Of a stretch of 64,000 nucleotides of DNA, positions 50,612-61,877 are shown in pieces (within the stretch, counting starts at the first letter, position 1; each line of letters starts with the position of its first letter). The translations under genes were made by a program, and so were the position numbers. The stretch covers positions 736,001 to 800,000 of the forward strand of contig OZ245003.1 of the NCBI GenBank assembly GCA_965223425.1, in the 5' to 3' direction. Under the pieces are notes generated by a model. The model searched no databases, was not told the origin of the DNA, and was given only the letters and a program-made list of their open reading frames with translations. Origin of the DNA: Nitrosopumilus sp. Lineage in GTDB: Archaea; Thermoproteota; Nitrososphaeria; Nitrososphaerales; Nitrosopumilaceae.

Positions 50612-51589
50612 GTGGGACATGTAAAGTTCAAACAAAAAAAGCCGAAAAGACGTTCAATTTCTGATAAAATCTTCAAAGTTGGCGCAACTGTAGCAGGCGT
50701 TTACGTTTTAGTGATGATTGTATTGTTAGCCTTTCAATTACTCTCTGAATCATATCCTGTTTGGGAAGAAGAAGGCTTGGGATTCATCTCCGGTACTGAC
50801 TGGAATGCAGTGGAAGGACGTGAGTCTTTTGGTGCTTTGCCTTATATTTTGGGAACGCTAGTTACTGCGGCTCTGGCAATGGTGATAGGCGTTCCGCTAA
50901 GTCTTGGCATTGCAATGTTTATCTCAGATGCTCCTGCAAAGATTGGCGGCCCGTTAGGATTTCTAGTTGAACTTTTAGCTGCGGTTCCAAGCGTAATTTA
51001 TGGACTTTGGGGTCTTTTTGTTTTTAGAATTTATTTTAAGGATTGGATTGAGGTTCCACTTCACAACGCGTTTGGTGATTCTATTTGGTTGTTTTCTGGC
51101 ACTCCTTTTGGTTTAGACATTATCACCGCAAGTGTCATTTTAGCTATAATGATCATTCCGACAGTTTCAGCAGTATCTCGTGAAATAATGAAGGCAGTTC
51201 CTCAACAACAAAAAGAAGCTGCATACATGTTGGGTGCAACAAAGTGGGAGATGTTCAAACTCGCGGTATTTCCATATTCTAAAACCGGTTTGATTGGTGC
51301 GTCAATTCTTGGATTGGGCAGAGCTGTTGGCGAAACTATGGCCGTAACAATGTTGATTGGAAATGCTACGGGTCTTTCAGCAATTCCATCCTCCTTATTC
51401 AAACCAAGTCAAACCATGTCTAGTATTATTGCAAATGAGTTTGTTGAAGCATCTCCTGCATCGTTACATCTTCCTGCATTGATTGCTGTTGCGTTGGTCT
51501 TGCTACTCATTGCAATTGCAATCAATGTTGTAGCTCACATTTTAGTAACTAGAATGCTCAAGGTAAAGGAGGGTGCTATTAACAATTGA
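50612..51589 (+). CDS. pstC: Phosphate ABC permease
   Basis: 'PSVIYGLWG' and 'GRAVGETMA'. Confidence 0.95.
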   Translation: MGHVKFKQKKPKRRSISDKIFKVGATVAGVYVLVMIVLLAFQLLSESYPVWEEEGLGFISGTDWNAVEGRESFGALPYILGTLVTAALAMVIGVPLSLGIAMFISDAPAKIGGPLGFLVELLAAVPSVIYGLWGLFVFRIYFKDWIEVPLHNAFGDSIWLFSGTPFGLDIITASVILAIMIIPTVSAVSREIMKAVPQQQKEAAYMLGATKWEMFKLAVFPYSKTGLIGASILGLGRAVGETMAVTMLIGNATGLSAIPSSLFKPSQTMSSIIANEFVEASPASLHLPALIAVALVLLLIAIAINVVAHILVTRMLKVKEGAINN

Positions 51590-52518
51590 CCACTACGCCA
51601 GAAAAACGCCGTGAATACCGTGCCTTATTCAAACAAAATGTCGAGAGACGACTTGTTGTTGACAAAGTTGTTCGAATCATAGTTTTCGCATGTGTGATAA
51701 TTGCAATTGTTCCCTTGGGCAGCATTCTTGTTGAAGTTTTCAAAAACGGTATAACTGCAATCAGTTATGAATTTCTAACTGAAACTCCTGGTTCTATTGG
51801 TTCTGGTGAAGGTGGGATTGGACCTGCAATTCAAGGCACTTTGATAATAATTGGACTTTCCAGCCTGATTGGAGTCCCGATAGGTGTTATGTCTGGAATC
51901 TTTCTATCTGAATACGGCGACAACAAACTTGCAAGATCAATTCGTTTCTTCAATGACGTATTCATGGAATTCCCGTCAATTGTTCTTGGAATATTCGCAT
52001 TCTTAGTAATTGTGTTGATTCTTGGACATTTCTCAGTGTGGGCTGGTGCTTTTGCATTGTCATTAATCATGTTCCCTATCGTTGCTAGAACTACCGAAGA
52101 ATCCCTCAAAATGGTTCCTGTAACTTATCGTGAGGCTGGAACTGCTTTGGGCCTCAAAAAATGGGTGATTACTTTTAGAATTGTAATCTCAGCTGCCAAA
52201 AATGGAATGATCACTGGAATTTTACTTTCTGTATCTAGAATAGGTGGCGAAACTGCACCTTTAATCATGACTATCCTGGGCAGCAGTCAATTCTTTAGCA
52301 GTATGGATGTGCCCATGGATGCTCTTCCTTTGAGAATTTGGAGACTTTCTCTGTTGCCATATGATAGTGCACAACTTCAAGGATGGGGAGCTGCACTGGT
52401 TCTGATCTTTATCATTCTGGGAATTAACCTCGCAGTTAGATACTTCTTTGCAAACAAGAAGGGAAAGAATGGACTATTCGGACAATTAATTAAGAAAGGA
52501 GTTAAAAATAGAAATTGA
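51586..52518 (+). CDS. pstA: Phosphate ABC permease
   Basis: 'GETAPL' and operon position. Confidence 0.95.
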   Translation: MTTTPEKRREYRALFKQNVERRLVVDKVVRIIVFACVIIAIVPLGSILVEVFKNGITAISYEFLTETPGSIGSGEGGIGPAIQGTLIIIGLSSLIGVPIGVMSGIFLSEYGDNKLARSIRFFNDVFMEFPSIVLGIFAFLVIVLILGHFSVWAGAFALSLIMFPIVARTTEESLKMVPVTYREAGTALGLKKWVITFRIVISAAKNGMITGILLSVSRIGGETAPLIMTILGSSQFFSSMDVPMDALPLRIWRLSLLPYDSAQLQGWGAALVLIFIILGINLAVRYFFANKKGKNGLFGQLIKKGVKNRN

Positions 52519-53345
52519 TAGCGTTGAGTGCCAAACCATCTAACATGAACACGCAAGTAATATCTGATCCTCCTCCGACTGGTTCTGAAAAATACAAAAT
52601 GATTGCAGAAAATGTTACTGTCAGTTATGATGGAATTGAGGCAGTCAAAAATGTAACAATGAAGTTCAAGGAAAAATCAGTCACTGCTTTAATCGGGCCT
52701 TCTGGTTGTGGAAAAACCACTTTCCTTAGATGTCTTAACAGAATGCATGATATGACGAAAAACGCAAGAGTTGATGGGAAAGTTATGATTGATGAGATTG
52801 ATCTTTATGACAAGTCAATTGATCCGATTTATCACAGAAGAAAAGTTGGTATGGTTTTTCAAAAACCAAATCCATTCCCAACGATGTCCATTCATGATAA
52901 TGTCACCGCAGGTTTGAAACTAAACGGAGTTAGGGATAAAAAAATTCTCAATGAAATTGTTGAAGATTCGCTAAAGATGGCATATCTTTGGGATGAAGTA
53001 AAACACGATTTGAAAAAATCAGCAATTGAATTGTCTGGTGGCCAACAGCAGCGTCTCTGTATTGCAAGAGCATTGGCAATTCAGCCTGAAGTTTTACTTA
53101 TGGATGAACCTGCATCTGCACTTGATCCAATTGCAACTCAGAAAATTGAAGAAACAATTACAGAGTTGAAAAAAGAATATACAATAATTATCGTAACTCA
53201 TAACATGCAACAAGCGGTCCGTGTCTCCGATTATACCGGATTTATGTACCTGGGTGATTTAATTGAATTCAGAGAAACAACGAAAATTTTTACAGATCCT
53301 AAAAATGAGTTAACTGCAAAATATGTTCAGGGCCAGTTCGGATAA
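52515..53345 (+). CDS. pstB: Phosphate ABC ATPase
   Basis: 'GPSGCGKT', 'FQKPNPFP' and 'LSGGQQQR'. Confidence 0.96.
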   Translation: MIALSAKPSNMNTQVISDPPPTGSEKYKMIAENVTVSYDGIEAVKNVTMKFKEKSVTALIGPSGCGKTTFLRCLNRMHDMTKNARVDGKVMIDEIDLYDKSIDPIYHRRKVGMVFQKPNPFPTMSIHDNVTAGLKLNGVRDKKILNEIVEDSLKMAYLWDEVKHDLKKSAIELSGGQQQRLCIARALAIQPEVLLMDEPASALDPIATQKIEETITELKKEYTIIIVTHNMQQAVRVSDYTGFMYLGDLIEFRETTKIFTDPKNELTAKYVQGQFG

Positions 53346-54005
53346 ATGGCTCGATTAATTGATTCTCCTTTACAGGAACTCTCAACCATTATGACCAAGA
53401 TGGGAGACATGGTTATTGAGTGTGTTTCTCTTGCTATTGACTCGTATCTTAGCGGAACAAACACAAAAGATAAAGTTCTAGACATATCTAATTCAGTACG
53501 TTTAAAATATTTTGAAGTTGAAGACTTGACATTTAACATGCTTTTAAAATATCAACCTGTTGCAGATGATTTTAGATTAATTCGCTCGTCAACTGAAATC
53601 TCTTACGCATTTTCAAGATTTAGTAGATATGCATATGACATTACACTTGTACGTGATTTGTTTGGTGATGTTTCTGAATGTACCAATGATTCGCTAATTG
53701 AATCTACTAAAAAAGTAAAACATATGATCAAAGAAGCAGTATTATCATTTGCTGAACTGGATGTGAGAAAGGCAATCCAAATACGTGAAGATGAAAAAAT
53801 AGTTGATAAAATCTACAAGGAACGGCTACTACAACTAATCGAATCAAATAATACAAAATGTGCGCTAGCTGAGGCCCTATTGTTGAGATATTTAGAACGA
53901 ATTGGAGATCATGCCGTATTCATGAGTGATGCCATCAACTACATCGTTACTGGAAAACACAGACCAAGCGAAGAACGAATCGTTTCTCACACAAAGCAGG
54001 ATTAG
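53346..54005 (+). CDS. phoU: Phosphate uptake regulator
   Basis: 'LERIGDHA'. Confidence 0.92.
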   Translation: MARLIDSPLQELSTIMTKMGDMVIECVSLAIDSYLSGTNTKDKVLDISNSVRLKYFEVEDLTFNMLLKYQPVADDFRLIRSSTEISYAFSRFSRYAYDITLVRDLFGDVSECTNDSLIESTKKVKHMIKEAVLSFAELDVRKAIQIREDEKIVDKIYKERLLQLIESNNTKCALAEALLLRYLERIGDHAVFMSDAINYIVTGKHRPSEERIVSHTKQD

Positions 54006-54052
54006 TCAATATCTTGGTTTTTATTCCAGCAAAAACCTGCTGAAATATTCAA

Positions 54053-55138
54053 ATGGATATTTTACAACTAATTCAAGCTAATCTTCTAACTCCGATAATC
54101 CTGTTCTTTTTGTTTGGAATCATCGCTGCCAGAATAAAATCTGATTTAAAAATTCCTGAAGCAATTTCAGAATTCTTGCCAATCTATCTTCTTGCGGCAA
54201 TCGGACTTCATGGAGGAATAGAGATGCGGAATACTGGATTTGAGAACATGCTAATTCCTATGTTGGCCGCAATTGGACTTTCACTTTTGTTTACTCTGAA
54301 TCATTATCAGATTCTACGCAGATTGGGAAAATTCAATCTCTTTGACTCTTATGCACTAGCATCAACATACGGCGCAGTAGGTGCTGTTACATTTTCTGTT
54401 GGATTGTCTTTTCTCAAGAACCAGGGTGTAACGTCTGAAGGATATCTTGCGGCAATTCTTGCAGTATTAGAACCAGTGGCATTTATCATGGCAATATTTT
54501 TGACAAACATGGCAGTCTCAAAACAAATTCGTGCAAAAAAGCAATCATTCTCAAAGGATGATGTCTCTAATATTGATGTAGGAATGCAAGAAAGCAAAAC
54601 AAAACTTTCCCAAGTACTGCACGAGTCCATCACTGGTAAGGCAATAGTTATTCTGCTTGGGAGCATTGTTATTGGCTACATTATTGGGGAGGATGGGTTC
54701 AGCTCAATTCAAATTGTATTTGATGAGATGTTTGTAGGCGCCATTGTTATCTTTATGATAGAGATGGGAATTATTGCTGGTCAGCGGTTAGATGACATCA
54801 AAAAAGTTGGTGTTTTCCTTACTGCTTTTGCCATAATTGTGCCTACATTTAATGGCATTATTGGGGTTTTGGTGGCAACCGGATTGGGTTTGAGTCTTGG
54901 CGGCGCAGTAATGTTCGGATTGCTTTTGGCTAGCGCATCATTTATTGCAGCACCTGCAGTATTGCGTCATGCAATTCCCGAAGCAAAACCAAGCCTTTAC
55001 ATTACATCTGCGTTAGGAATTACATTCCCTTACAACATTATTGTGCTGTTACCAATCATGTTTACCATTTCATCTATTGTGCATAATGCAGAGGGATCGA
55101 TAGACTTATTCCATTATGTGGCGAAGAATTGGATATGA
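54053..55138 (+). CDS. sbtA: SbtA-family Na+-dependent bicarbonate transporter
   Basis: 'SDLKIP', 'ASASFIAAPA' and 'LGITFPYN'. Confidence 0.88.
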   Translation: MDILQLIQANLLTPIILFFLFGIIAARIKSDLKIPEAISEFLPIYLLAAIGLHGGIEMRNTGFENMLIPMLAAIGLSLLFTLNHYQILRRLGKFNLFDSYALASTYGAVGAVTFSVGLSFLKNQGVTSEGYLAAILAVLEPVAFIMAIFLTNMAVSKQIRAKKQSFSKDDVSNIDVGMQESKTKLSQVLHESITGKAIVILLGSIVIGYIIGEDGFSSIQIVFDEMFVGAIVIFMIEMGIIAGQRLDDIKKVGVFLTAFAIIVPTFNGIIGVLVATGLGLSLGGAVMFGLLLASASFIAAPAVLRHAIPEAKPSLYITSALGITFPYNIIVLLPIMFTISSIVHNAEGSIDLFHYVAKNWI

Positions 55139-55437
55139 AACTTTACAACGTAAAATTGCTTACCGTTACCTGTGAAATTCTTGCGCAAAAAAACATTATT
55201 AAAATTCTAAAAAAACATGAAATCACTGGATATACTACTTATGAAGTAGAAGGAAACGGAGCACGCGGCCTGCGCGGACAGGGATTTAAAAATGAAAAAA
55301 ATGTCAAAGTTGAAGTAATTATGAGAGAAGAAAAACTATCTGATGTTATTGAGGAGATTTCAAGAACAATGTTTGCCAATTTTGCCATAGTGCTTTATGT
55401 GAGTGATGTCGGCGTGGTACGCACTGAAAAATTTTAG
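55129..55437 (+). CDS. sbtB: PII-like protein
   Basis: 'TGYT..GxG.RG..VRTEKF'; downstream of sbtA. Confidence 0.82.
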   Translation: MDMKLYNVKLLTVTCEILAQKNIIKILKKHEITGYTTYEVEGNGARGLRGQGFKNEKNVKVEVIMREEKLSDVIEEISRTMFANFAIVLYVSDVGVVRTEKF

Positions 55438-55733
55438 CAGCACGTATCGTCTGAACATAAAACTGGAAGTTTCTTGCTTGTCTTTGTGACATTTGATATT
55501 AGTTCAGACAGCTGGTTGTTTGAAATTGTATACATTGCCTTTTTTCCTTCGTCTCTTGATTTGACAATTCCACATTTCTTCAATGTTTTTAGATGATGTG
55601 AAACTAGGGGTTGGTCTTTTTTTAACCTCTCAACAAAATCATTGACACATAGTTCCTTGTTTTTTTGCAATAACTCTAAAATCTCAAATCTGGTCTCGTC
55701 ACAGATGCACTTTAAGAGACTGACTCCGTTCAT
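55434..55733 (-). CDS. arsR: ArsR-family regulator
   Basis: 'ELCV..VSHHLKTL' and C-terminal CC. Confidence 0.9.
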   Translation of the reverse strand: MNGVSLLKCICDETRFEILELLQKNKELCVNDFVERLKKDQPLVSHHLKTLKKCGIVKSRDEGKKAMYTISNNQLSELISNVTKTSKKLPVLCSDDTCC

Positions 55734-55774
55734 ATCAATTTAAATTTATATAAACTAGTATTTATGTCATTGTT

Positions 55775-56185
55775 GTGACTGATGCCCAAAACGTCTTGTT
55801 TGTATGCGTAGAGAATGCAGGACGCAGCCAGATGGCTGAGGCATTTTTCAAAAAATATGCTCCTGCAAAATTTAATGTCTCAAGTGCTGGAACAACCCCG
55901 TCATCTGAACCAAACCCCTTGGTTGTCAAAGTTATGCGGGAGGTTGGAATTGAATTAGGTGAACAGCATCCAAAATTGCTGTCTGCTGACATGGCTGAGA
56001 CTTTGCTCAAAACAATCAACATGGGCTGCATGGATAAAGAATCCTGCCCTTCATTGTTTGTTAAGGGTGTGCCTGATTGGAATATTTCTGATCCGAAAGA
56101 AAAGACAATTGATGAAATACGGCACATTCGTGATCAAGTTAAGACCAAAGTGATGAATCTCATTGCATCACTTGAGGAAAAATAA
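55775..56185 (+). CDS. arsC: Arsenate reductase (LMW-PTP fold)
   Basis: 'CVENAGRSQMAE'. Confidence 0.9.
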   Translation: MTDAQNVLFVCVENAGRSQMAEAFFKKYAPAKFNVSSAGTTPSSEPNPLVVKVMREVGIELGEQHPKLLSADMAETLLKTINMGCMDKESCPSLFVKGVPDWNISDPKEKTIDEIRHIRDQVKTKVMNLIASLEEK

Positions 56186-56865
56186 TGCCTTATTCAAACT
56201 TGCAAATTTTTGCCGTAGAGTTGATTGGAACCTTTATTCTTGTAACTTTTGCTACAGGCTCAATCGTTTATGATGCTGAAGTATTTGATGGAAAATTAGG
56301 AATGCCGTTTGCAGCTCTTGCGCCCTTTGTTGCGTTACTTGTTGGAGTTTATTCATTTGGAAAGATTTCTTTGGCTCATTTTAATCCCGCAGTGACTATC
56401 GGCTATTACATCACAGGACACATCACAAAAGTTCAAGCTGTGTATTATTTTGCAGCAGAAATTATTGGTGCGTTGTTGGGTTCGTTTTTTGTTTTAAACT
56501 TTATTGGAGAAAAAGCGAATCTTGGAGCAAATGCGCCGAATTATGACTTTTCATTATTTTTGATATTCCCAGTTGAAGTGTTGGCTTCTGCAATGCTTAT
56601 GGGCGTTATCTTTTGTGTTGTTTATACAAAAGGCTTGAAGGGATTTAGCGGCGTTGCAATTGGTGGAATTGTTGGCCTGGATATTTTATTTTTAGCATTT
56701 ATCTCAGGGGCATCAATGAATCCTGCTCGGGCACTTGCCCCTGCTTTGCTCTCTGGGGCGTCAAGTGATCTGTGGCTATATTGGACTGCACCTTTTGTGG
56801 GTACGGTCATTGTTGGATTTTTGTTTCGGAAAAAATTTCAGGCACAAAGACAGGCAAAAGTATAG
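56185..56865 (+). CDS. Aquaporin/MIP
   Basis: Two NPA motifs. Confidence 0.95.
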   Translation: MPYSNLQIFAVELIGTFILVTFATGSIVYDAEVFDGKLGMPFAALAPFVALLVGVYSFGKISLAHFNPAVTIGYYITGHITKVQAVYYFAAEIIGALLGSFFVLNFIGEKANLGANAPNYDFSLFLIFPVEVLASAMLMGVIFCVVYTKGLKGFSGVAIGGIVGLDILFLAFISGASMNPARALAPALLSGASSDLWLYWTAPFVGTVIVGFLFRKKFQAQRQAKV

Positions 56866-57068
56866 GTCTACAGGTTCTACATAGATTTACCTGATCTAAC
56901 AGCTAAGCGAAATGTAAACAGAATATTCATTTTGTTTTGTTGTTAAACACAATTTGAGTCACATTCCATTGTTCTATTCCTATTTTTTGTCCAATTTTTA
57001 GTACATTTCGCTTAGCGGTTCTGTGAAGTTATAGGCACCTGAAAATATGAATTTTCTCTGAATTGAAA

Positions 57069-57965
57069 TCATGCATGCTGATTCAATGAGGCGTTTTGTA
57101 TGATGGTTTTCCACTTGTTAGAACCATCCACTAGTATTCCTGCCATCTCTGCTGGAGTCTTCTTTTCAATACCGCCATGCTTTTTTGAGAAATTATAGAA
57201 TGTCTGGAATCCGTCAAACAACTGGGCTTCTTTAAACATTGGTCTTACATTTTCAGTACCTTTGGTATCTGCTACAAACTGGGTAATCATGAATCTGGTC
57301 TCATGGTCAAGCATGGAGTATTGTAGTTTCATATTGCCCTTAATTTTCATAAAGATTTCATCAGTACGCCAAGTTTCTGATACTCTTGGAACTATGCCTT
57401 TGACATAATCTGCTACCGTTTTAGAGTATTTTTCAATCCAGCCATAGACTGCTCTGTATGATACCTTGATTTCCTCCTGCTCAAAACAGTCTGCAATATC
57501 TCTAACTGACATTCCTGAAAAATACATCTGTAATGCTCTGGTGATCACGGTATTACTGTAACGCATTTTTTCAAATCCAAAATTTGCTGTAAATCCCCTT
57601 TTACAGTCATTGCACTTGAATTTTTGAAGACTGCCTGATTTGTTTTTCTTGATTCCTTTTTTGATAATATTACCTGAATCACAGAACTTGCACACCTTGA
57701 CTAGTGATCCCTCAATTATGCGGAATGTCTGTTCTTGCCCCTCATTGTTTCTGATTAGCTCCAAAACTGTCTTGATGTGCTTGCAGTCTGATTTTCTTTT
57801 GGTGTGATCCGGGCAATCACAAATTAATCCATTGCTTGTCTTTGAGACAATATAATGAATCTGTGGTATGCTTTGAGATCTTACGCTAAATCTTTCTGGA
57901 CTGAACTGCACTGCGCAGTTTGGTAACTCCATCATTTGTGTTGCTCTTTGGGTTCGTGTATTCAT
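57069..57965 (-). pseudogene. SWIM/Zn-ribbon IS6-like DDE transposase with internal deletion
   Basis: 'CDCPDH..CKH', 'CKFC..CNDC', 'WRTDE' and 'YNF..H..TPAE'; the second D/E region is missing; TIR at 57017-57032. Confidence 0.82.
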
Positions 57966-58195
57966 GCGTGATGCACCTCAAAAATTAAAATAGAACAAAG
58001 AGAATCAAATAATGGCTCAGATGTCACGGCTCTAATCATCTGCGACATCATGATTGGATACTGAGCCTCAATTTTCATCATTGCCATTTCTTGTCGCATA
58101 TACTGTATTATCCGTATGCTTATTTAATTGTTACTAATATCCGTATGCATTAATAACCGATCGCTTAATATAGTGAAAGATGTTTTGAGATAATA

Positions 58196-58363
58196 ATGAC
58201 CCGATGGAAAAAAGATGAAACAAATTTTTTGGTAAAACTTTCTGATGATGGCCGACATAGTACGATCTGTCGAATACCAAAACCGATCTTAAAACTCCTA
58301 AATAATCCTAATGCAATCAGGTTCGTAATTGAAGGGAAAAAAATCGTGATTAAAACGGATTGA
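58196..58363 (+). CDS. AbrB/SpoVT-like small DNA-binding protein
   Basis: MTRWKKDE..CRIPKPILKLL..IRFVIEGKKIVI; ATCCGTATGC direct repeats upstream. Confidence 0.65.
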   Translation: MTRWKKDETNFLVKLSDDGRHSTICRIPKPILKLLNNPNAIRFVIEGKKIVIKTD

Positions 58364-58548
58364 ATAAAATGACAAATCAAACTCCAGCTAAGCGAAATGT
58401 ACCTCAAATCTGACACTAGATCAGCGGTTTGAACCTGCACATGAGAAGCGATTTCCTTAATCATAGTACATTTCGCTTAGCTGTCTAAAGACCGTTTCCT
58501 TTAGTCTTTGATGCTCGTAGGATTGGTGATGATGTCATCTAATCTTGA

Positions 58549-58948
58549 GTGAAATGTAGCCATTTCACGTCCCTATGTGATGAGATTTTGGCCTCAAATG
58601 ATCATATCTATTTTGTATCCTCAGTAACCAAAAATGGGAGAGCAATCGAGTCCAAATTTCGCAATGATAGAATCATTACAAATATGTCAAAACAAGAAAT
58701 TGAAATGTTCTTTATGCAAAGAACCCTTCAAATCTCGCTTGGTAGAGAATTTGATGATTTGATTGGCCCGCTTGATTTTATTACCGTACAACGAGAGACT
58801 CTTAGAATTTGCCTTTCCTTATTCTGCAGGGAACATTTTAGTCATGTGTGACCTGGATGTTATTCCGAGATATCTTGCTAAAAAGATTTTATTTTTGCTT
58901 CGAGACTTTGACTGGAGACAAAGTAATACCCTTATGCATAATGCCTGA
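58549..58948 (+). pseudogene. Roadblock-like thaumarchaeal protein, frameshifted
   Basis: Two overlapping frames that join at ~58800. Confidence 0.6.
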
Positions 58949-59664
58949 CGAAAGCTGTCGTAAACGCGGTTTTCCTACAAGCGGTTATTTGAAATGCACA
59001 ACTTGTAATACAATATTTCAAAATATTTGCATTCAATGCAATGAAAAAGCATTGCCTCGATTTCATAACTGTAATAAAACGTTATCAGCTGTTTATGTTA
59101 GCGTAAACTGTTTTTCACATATTTGCTGTAAATCATTTGGGATGTTTTTTCAGATCTAAAATAATTGGGGTTGTCTATGCGCAAAATAAAACGTGAAAAA
59201 CGTGGAGGTGGTGAAGCTGAAATTCTACGACGCGGGAAATTCGCCGATGGTGTATTATTTTGCCCTTGTTGCGATGATCTTAGCAACACGCTCAAGTAAC
59301 AATATAATTTCTATACAGTTTGCAGAAAATAACTATGATTGTGTTTTATTGAATTTTGTGTTAGCATATCTGATGAATGCCGCATCCTTCCTTGAGCATG
59401 ACAATTCTTCGTTTTCAAAACTATTGTTGTCAAAAGAAGTAGCATACATTATTAAGCAAATTGTAAGACTCCGCCCAGACAGTTTGTCTACAATGCGATG
59501 ATGGGAAGAATGCCAAAAAGGCGCAATGGTTGAAACCCTTCAACGCAGTCCTAATTGTCGGTGCAAAATTAAAAAACGCCAATGTCTAACCCCTGTTTCT
59601 AGATTATGCCTAAAAAATTACTATAATTTGGTCTTTTACGAATAATAATAACCCAGTTTAGACT

Positions 59665-60945
59665 ATGGTGTTGACAAACTCCAAGCTGTTCTCAGATGCT
59701 AAAAAAGTAATTCCTTCAGGCGTCAATAGCCCTGTTAGATACTTTGAACCATATCCGTTCTTTACAAAAAAATCCAACGGTGCATACATTTGGGATGCAG
59801 ACAATAACCGTTACATCGATTATTGTAATGGTTATGGCGCACTGCTTTTAGGACATCGAAGAAAAGAGATCATTGAGGCTGTATCAAATCAACTCTCAAA
59901 GGGAACTCTTTATTGCACTCCAACTGAGGCTGAAATAAAACTATCAAAGTTAATCATTGGAAACTTTCCATCTGTTGACAAAGTTAGATTGGTAAACACT
60001 GGCGGTGAGGCTACAATGACTGCAATTAGACTGGCTCGTGGCTATACAAAAAAGAAGAAAATTATAAAATTTGAGGGATGCTATCATGGTGCACATGATT
60101 CTGTACTTGTAAAGGCAGGTTCAGGTTCTGCACATAACGGAATCTCTGTTTCTGATGGTGGATTAGATGAAGTTTCAAAAAATACGCTGGTTGTTCAGTA
60201 CAATAACATCGAAGATTTGGAAGAAACAATCAGAAAAAACAAAGACATTGCAGGAGTTATTGTTGAACCTATTCTAGCTAACATGGGGTTAATCTTGCCT
60301 GAAAAGAACTTTCTTTCTGATTTGAGAAAAATTACTAAACAAAACAACATCCCATTGATCTTCGATGAGGTAATTACTGGATTCAGAGTAGCCCCTGGTG
60401 GCGCACAAGAACATTTTGGAATTAAACCTGATATTACTACAATGGCTAAAGCGCTAAGTAATGGATTTACAATAGCTGCCGTTGGTGGAAGAAAAGACAT
60501 TATGGATCTGCTTTCTCCGGGAGGCAAAGTCTACCAAGCAAGCACTTTTGCTGGAAATCCGATATCTGTCAGTGCCGCAATTAGCTCAATTAAGACAATC
60601 AATAAAATAAAAAACCGGCTTTACTCTAAACTTGAAAGATTCAATCTGCTCTTTACTACTGCTCTAGATGACATGGCAACAGACATGAAAATTCCCCATC
60701 AAATCAACTTTACAGCCTCAATGTTCCAGATTTTCTTTACAAACAAACCTGTTGTTGATTATGCCACATCTAAAAATGCAAACGCCAAGAAATTCCAAAA
60801 AATGTTCCAAACCTTGTTGAAAAAAGGAATATTCATTGCCCCCTCACAGTTTGAAGTCGTTTTTCTCTCTGATGCTCACAATGAAAACGATCTAAACAAA
60901 ACCCTTGATGCCTATCATGCCGCATTAAAGTCGGTGAAAAATTGA
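59665..60945 (+). CDS. hemL: Glutamate-1-semialdehyde aminomutase
   Basis: 'GVNSPVR', 'FEGCYHG' and 'FDEVITGFR'. Confidence 0.97.
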   Translation: MVLTNSKLFSDAKKVIPSGVNSPVRYFEPYPFFTKKSNGAYIWDADNNRYIDYCNGYGALLLGHRRKEIIEAVSNQLSKGTLYCTPTEAEIKLSKLIIGNFPSVDKVRLVNTGGEATMTAIRLARGYTKKKKIIKFEGCYHGAHDSVLVKAGSGSAHNGISVSDGGLDEVSKNTLVVQYNNIEDLEETIRKNKDIAGVIVEPILANMGLILPEKNFLSDLRKITKQNNIPLIFDEVITGFRVAPGGAQEHFGIKPDITTMAKALSNGFTIAAVGGRKDIMDLLSPGGKVYQASTFAGNPISVSAAISSIKTINKIKNRLYSKLERFNLLFTTALDDMATDMKIPHQINFTASMFQIFFTNKPVVDYATSKNANAKKFQKMFQTLLKKGIFIAPSQFEVVFLSDAHNENDLNKTLDAYHAALKSVKN

Positions 60946-61877
60946 AGTACGTGGTAGGTTCAAGAGGAAGTCAGCTGTCTGTCGCACAGACAAACTGGGT
61001 TATCTCTGAACTAAAAAAAACAACTCCTGATTCAGAATGTGAAATTAAAAGCATCGCGACAAAGGGAGATACTGATAGCAGACCCTTATTTACAATAGAT
61101 CAAAAAGGAATTTTTGAAAAAGAGATTGATAGGGCAGTTGCGCAAAAAGAGGTTGATTTTGCTGTTCATAGTCTCAAAGATGTGCCATCGCAACTAGATG
61201 ATGATCTCACTTTGGCTTGCATTCCAAAACGTGAAGCAGTCAATGATGTCTTTATTTCTTCAAATGGTGCAACGCTGGAGGCGATCAAGCCAGGCGCCGT
61301 GATTGGTACAAGCTCGCTTCGTCGTGCAGTTCAAGTAACTCGAAAAAGATCTGATGTTACTGTAAAACCAATACGAGGAAACATTGAAACTAGAATCAAA
61401 AAAGCGTCTGGAGAAAACTATGATGCAGTAGTGCTTGCTCAAGCGGGAATCTCTAGATTGGGGGTTGATGTAAACTTCTCCTCATTATCGACTGATGATT
61501 TTCTGCCTTCTCCTGGCCAGGGTGCAATCGCTATTGTTGCAAGAACAGATGATTCTCAAACAATCTCCATGCTAAAAAAAATCGAGGATGCTGACTCTAG
61601 ATTAGAAATTGAAGCAGAACGTGCTCTGTCTGATTTTGTTGATTCGGGATGCAGATTTCCAGTTGGCGCATATGCAAAATCAAATGGCTCTGAAATGACT
61701 CTGTCTGCGGTTGCATTTTCTGTAGATGGAAAAAAATCATTAAAAGTGCACAAAACAGGAGACAAAAATGATCCTAAATCCCTTGGTAAAAGTGCTGGAG
61801 AGGAACTTTGTGAAAACGGTGTAAATGATCTTGCATTAAATTGGAGAGAAAAAGTGGAGGAGTGGAATAAGACATGA
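60942..61877 (+). CDS. hemC: Hydroxymethylbilane synthase
   Basis: 'AVHSLKD', 'GTSSLRR' and 'RGN'. Confidence 0.97.
   Translation: MKYVVGSRGSQLSVAQTNWVISELKKTTPDSECEIKSIATKGDTDSRPLFTIDQKGIFEKEIDRAVAQKEVDFAVHSLKDVPSQLDDDLTLACIPKREAVNDVFISSNGATLEAIKPGAVIGTSSLRRAVQVTRKRSDVTVKPIRGNIETRIKKASGENYDAVVLAQAGISRLGVDVNFSSLSTDDFLPSPGQGAIAIVARTDDSQTISMLKKIEDADSRLEIEAERALSDFVDSGCRFPVGAYAKSNGSEMTLSAVAFSVDGKKSLKVHKTGDKNDPKSLGKSAGEELCENGVNDLALNWREKVEEWNKT

Larger units (their letters stand above)
56900..58483. mobile_element. Composite unit bounded by two ISH3-type MITEs (56900-57016 and 58385-58483)
   Basis: CAGCTAAGCGAAATGTA TIRs; TSD TCTAA at 56895-56899 and 58484-58488. Confidence 0.85.

Noticed and set aside
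59098-59501. Short ORFs upstream of hemL and at 63424-63650
   Set aside because: No recognisable motifs; probably decayed sequence.
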